Shown here: positions 62,527-64,000 of the stretch, in pieces
How positions within the stretch are numbered: position 1 is the first letter of the stretch
Layout of the letters: every line of letters begins with the position of its first letter
DNA from: a bacterium
GTDB lineage: Bacteria; SZUA-182; DTGQ01; JAFGSM01
Reading direction: 5' to 3'
Assembly (NCBI GenBank): GCA_049472335.1
Contig: JBLIRO010000013.1
Location: 1 to 64,000 of the forward strand
DNA: 64,000 nucleotides
Notes under the pieces: model-generated
Told to the model about the DNA's origin: nothing
Databases searched by the model: none
Seen by the model: the letters and a program-made list of their open reading frames with translations, nothing else
Made by a program: the position numbers and the translations under genes

Positions 62527-63093
62527 TTATATAAGTGGTAAGCCCCAGATGTCACCGACTGTCAACAGACTTGACTGGGGTATCCCGAACAGGCTTGTGG
62601 GATAATCCAAAAGATATTGAATATTTCCCAATGTAACGATATCTATGCCCGAATTGATATCTGTGGGCGGTAAAGCACCATAACCAAGAGGTAAGGCAAT
62701 AGGAGACGGTAAGCCAGTCAGAGAATCGAGCAGATAAGACGGTGGCCAGGGATTAAGGCCAAAGAACGGTGAAAAATAGGTCAAGCCGCCTCCCAGAACA
62801 GGAGGTATATTATAAAGCGCCCATGGCAGACTCTGGGCAGGGTCCCAGGCAAGTATGGGCTGTACCGGAAGTATGGTGCTGTTTGTCAACTGGCTAAGCA
62901 AGGGGGTTGGAAGCCCTGTTCCTAGAGTATCGACAGGTGACAGCACTGAAGACCATAGTGGCCATAGAAGGTTATACGGTGGTAAGGCCTGCCAGTACTG
63001 GGCCTGGGCCAATGGGGTCCCTATCATTCCAACGACCACCAGGATAAAAATACTAATGACGGCTAATTTAATGGCACACTTTTTTTCAAACAT
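62527..63093 (-). CDS. Secreted Pro/Leu/Trp-rich hypothetical protein
   Basis: Signal peptide ending AQA|QYW; low-charge mature region QYWQALPPYNLLWPLWS...; GGAG RBS. Confidence 0.75.
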   Translation of the reverse strand: MFEKKCAIKLAVISIFILVVVGMIGTPLAQAQYWQALPPYNLLWPLWSSVLSPVDTLGTGLPTPLLSQLTNSTILPVQPILAWDPAQSLPWALYNIPPVLGGGLTYFSPFFGLNPWPPSYLLDSLTGLPSPIALPLGYGALPPTDINSGIDIVTLGNIQYLLDYPTSLFGIPQSSLLTVGDIWGLPLI

Positions 63094-63187
63094 TTTAATT
63101 ACTCCCTATATAAAATTTTAAGAAAACAAGTTGTTGATTAAACAAAAAATTTTGTTTTTCACCTCCTTATAAAAAAATTATGGGCTA

Positions 63188-63943
63188 TTATGGTTTAAAA
63201 TAGTTATAGCCCATCCTTTGAAACTCTGCGATTGCTGTTGGGGCAGCAGTTACGAATTGCACACCCGGAATAAGATGAAAGCTCTTGATCCCCCTGGATC
63301 GTGCAGTGTTCATTCACATATAGAACTTTACACCTTTTGCAATCAGGTCTTCCACGAGGGGTTGGTAAATATTGTCTACAGCCAGGGGGTGTGGATTTGC
63401 CGCGTTTCTGTTAAGAAGCTGTGTTGCGCCGCCACTATGGTTTACTGATACAATTTTGTAATCCTTGGTCCCGTGAGTGATCTCATAGTCATTAATAGCA
63501 GCGGTAATATTTCCCAGACCATAAGGACTGCCGGGTCTGGATTCAAACGAATTAATATGAAAAAGCATTTTATTGTCATAATTAAATATGAGACATCTTG
63601 TAATCTGTCTTGTACCGGGTCCAAACTCCTCCTCAAGTGTCAATCCCGTAATCAATCCAACAGGGCAGCTAGCTGCCATGGATGTCTGAGTGGTCGTAGG
63701 AGCGTAGCTATAAAAGGTAGGAGGCATATAGGGCGGCCAACCGGATGATGTAAACGGACGTGCTGAGGGAAAGTAACCGGATGGGGGGTAGCTATATAAA
63801 GGGATTTGACCGGTGCCGGGAAATTGGCTGGCAGGAGGCCAACTCCAGGGGAGGTATTGACTAAGTGCCGGCATGTTAAGGTCAAAAATGATCAGACAGA
63901 ACAAAACAATACAAAAAACTGCGATTATTCTGCGATAATTCAA
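63188..63943 (-). CDS. Secreted DsrE-like protein, probable selenoprotein (UGA at 63314-63316; 251 aa)
   Basis: Frame continues past TGA: GVKFYM-U-MNTARSRGIKSFHLIPGVQFVTAAPTAIAEFQRMGYNYFKP*, matching the DsrE C-terminus GV.F..C.NT...PGV..V.A....I...Q..GY.Y..P. Confidence 0.82.
63287..63316 (-). promoter_or_regulatory. Putative bacterial SECIS element
   Basis: UGA, 13 nt, then GAUCC-AGGG-GGAUC hairpin; loop begins 18 nt after the UGA and has G at its second position. Confidence 0.6.
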
Positions 63944-64000
63944 TTTTACCCTCCCTTCATAATTATAATTTAATTGGATTTTTAGTGAAAAAATTGGGAA

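Overview
Bacterial chromosome segment, probably from a diderm anaerobe (rubredoxin, outer-membrane barrels, System II cytochrome c maturation); the lineage cannot be fixed from sequence alone. (1) 1-9.3 kb is accessory: an MNT-HEPN toxin-antitoxin pair, a 3' tRNA-Glu fragment that looks like an integration scar, a DUF1598-like protein, a broken TIR-NACHT-pentapeptide-WD40 gene and an AAA_14/DUF4143 ATPase. (2) 9.5-38.6 kb is mostly housekeeping (guaB-like, guaA, glutaredoxin, trxB, an unlisted rubredoxin, dnaE, accA, resB/ccsB, cca, tsaC, purE, lytic transglycosylase) plus several secreted repeat proteins. (3) 38.8-59.1 kb is a largely AT-rich specialised-lipid cluster: FabG, a non-catalytic KS (CLF-like), ACP, FabZ, FabF, a PP-loop ATPase, an acyl-ACP-reductase-like protein, three B12-binding radical SAM enzymes, a methyltransferase, two phytoene-desaturase-like oxidoreductases, a 7TM histidine kinase and a FadL-like barrel; it resembles ladderane-type clusters. 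(4) 60.2-63.9 kb holds a SoxB-like metallophosphoesterase and a DsrE-like protein that share a ~45-aa Pro/Trp/Tyr-rich module behind their signal peptides; the DsrE gene has an in-frame UGA at the conserved Cys position followed by a SECIS-like hairpin, so it is probably a secreted selenoprotein that the ORF track truncates. All family assignments come from motif recognition, not database searches.
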